Below are positions 62,614 through 64,000 of a stretch of 64,000 nucleotides of DNA, piece after piece. Every line of letters starts with the position of its first letter. The stretch's first letter is position 1. The notes under the pieces are model-generated. The model ran no database searches. It was given only the letters and a program-made list of their open reading frames with translations, and was not told the DNA's origin. Origin of the DNA: Chiloscyllium plagiosum (Eukaryota); assembly GCF_004010195.1 (NCBI RefSeq), contig NC_057719.1, forward strand, positions 66,522,066-66,586,065, written 5' to 3'. The translations under genes were made by a program, and so were the position numbers.

Positions 62614-63196
62614 CTCCTTGCAATTCGGGAAAAGGTCAAATGCAACTGGGGTAAGAAGTGTGGGGGTATGGGCTGCCCATCTGGATGGGGTTGCGTTGGA
62701 GGGAGTTAAGGGTTTTGAGTCTGGCGATGGGGAAAACATATCTGGTCCTGTGGGGGAAAGCTGGATCTGGAGCACGGTGGGAGTGGAATAATGGGTCTGT
62801 TGTTGGGATGATGATGAACATGAGTGTTAGGTCCAAGGCGTAAGAGGGTGTCAGTCAGAGTCTGGGCAAAGGTAGGTTTGTGGAAGAGTAAGGGTTCAGG
62901 ATAACGTGTAGTTGTGTGAGATGTGGTGAGTTGGGGATTCAATTGAATGGTAAGGGGTTATACTAGGTTTTTATTAGTTTAAGTTTTCTTAAGTAATTAT
63001 TTACCTACTGAAGCAGAGCTTTCTGAATTCTCCAAATTAAATTAATACTTTTGAAAAATTCCAGGCATAGGGGAATTATCCAACAGGATCTTCAGTTTCC
63101 TAGGCAATTCCTTCACGGTGTGCTATGCTGGGAATTCTGCAGGATCCCTTGCGTAGCTCCCATCTACATTTTAGCAATAACTATATGGACATCGGA

Positions 63197-63690
63197 ATAT
63201 CAGGGTCCTTGTTCAAGGAAGGTTGCAAATACATTGGAAGCAATTCAGAAAAAGTTTCCTAAACCTGGAATAAGTTGACTGTCTCATGAGGAAAGTTGGA
63301 AAGGATGGGCTTGTAGAAGTTCAAGTGGTGACTTGATTGTACCATTTAAGATCCTGTGGGGATTTGACAGGGTAGATGTAGAGATGATGTTTCCTCTTCC
63401 AGCACAATCTAAAATGAGGGCTCACTGTTCAGTAATAATTAGGGATTGCCCATTTAAAACAAGGAATGGGCGGGGAAGAAAAAAAGTGTCCTTGGAACTC
63501 AGAGCAACCATGATCTAATTGCAAACAATGGAGGGATATGGACCAAGGGAAGGCAGAAGGAATTAGTTTAATTTGGCATCATCTTCAACACAACATTGTG
63601 GACTGAAGGACCTATTCCTATGCTGTACTGTTTGCTGATCTAATTGAATGATGGACTAGATTGGATGGGCTGAGTAGCTTGCTCATAATC
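63197..63690 (+). mobile_element. Old CR1-type LINE 3' fragments
   Basis: LEAIQKKF and FKILWGFDRVDVEMMFPL..SKMRAH remnants, plus the tail gactgaaggacctattcctatgctgtactgt. Confidence 0.7.
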
Positions 63691-64000
63691 CTTGTTTAAA
63701 GACTGTAAACCAAGTTGCTCCATTCCAGCCCTTGCTGAATCCCTTGTTTGTTAACTTTTGTTTTTATACTTTACAAACCTGTTCTCCCAATCATTATCTG
63801 TTCACATGATTTGTCAATGTTCATATAGTGGGGCTAGTTTATTGTCACTTTGTTGAGTGTACTTTAGGAATATTTACCTTGAAGTTTAAAATGTAAAATT
63901 ATTCCAAAATAAAAACCAATTGTATCATTTTATCTCTGTTCTCAAAGACCTGCAGAGATTGGCTCTTTCTGTAAATAAGAATGAAAATTGCAGCACCGCT

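Noticed and set aside
1293..63518. Remaining 60-170-aa ORFs in the track as host genes
   Set aside because: They are retroelement fragments, SINE read-throughs or chance ORFs, many starting at non-ATG codons, with no splice-consistent structure or recognisable host protein.
63920..64000. Next FMN1 exon after a pyrimidine tract near the window end
   Set aside because: Neither candidate AG gives a phase-0 frame resembling the expected LILAFGNYMN segment (one hits TAA quickly). The exon is probably beyond the window.

Overview
Vertebrate genomic DNA, very likely from a shark: it carries HE1/V-SINE-type and Deu-type SINEs, CR1 LINE tails and Penelope-like elements. The window lies entirely inside a + strand formin-1 (FMN1) gene. 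Six coding exons (327-1024, 11020-11170, 30319-30406, 35102-35163, 56075-56163, 59526-59655) have canonical AG/GT sites and compatible phases and join into one open frame covering a predicted coiled coil, the proline-rich FH1 domain and the first part of FH2. Three of these exons are missing from the supplied ORF track. The rest is intron. It contains many Penelope-like retroelement pieces, including short fold-back (palindromic) insertions with target-site duplications (TSDs) whose inversion points fall in a minimal hammerhead-ribozyme (HHR) motif, and a ~445-bp near-perfect hairpin. It also contains a 5.5-kb 23-bp GG-rich satellite with higher-order structure, Gypsy and Harbinger-like fossils, a solo-LTR-like element, an exact 65-bp templated duplication spanning an exon, repeat-poor islands that are enhancer candidates, and a 58-N assembly gap. 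All family assignments come from recall of motifs and proteins; no database search was run.
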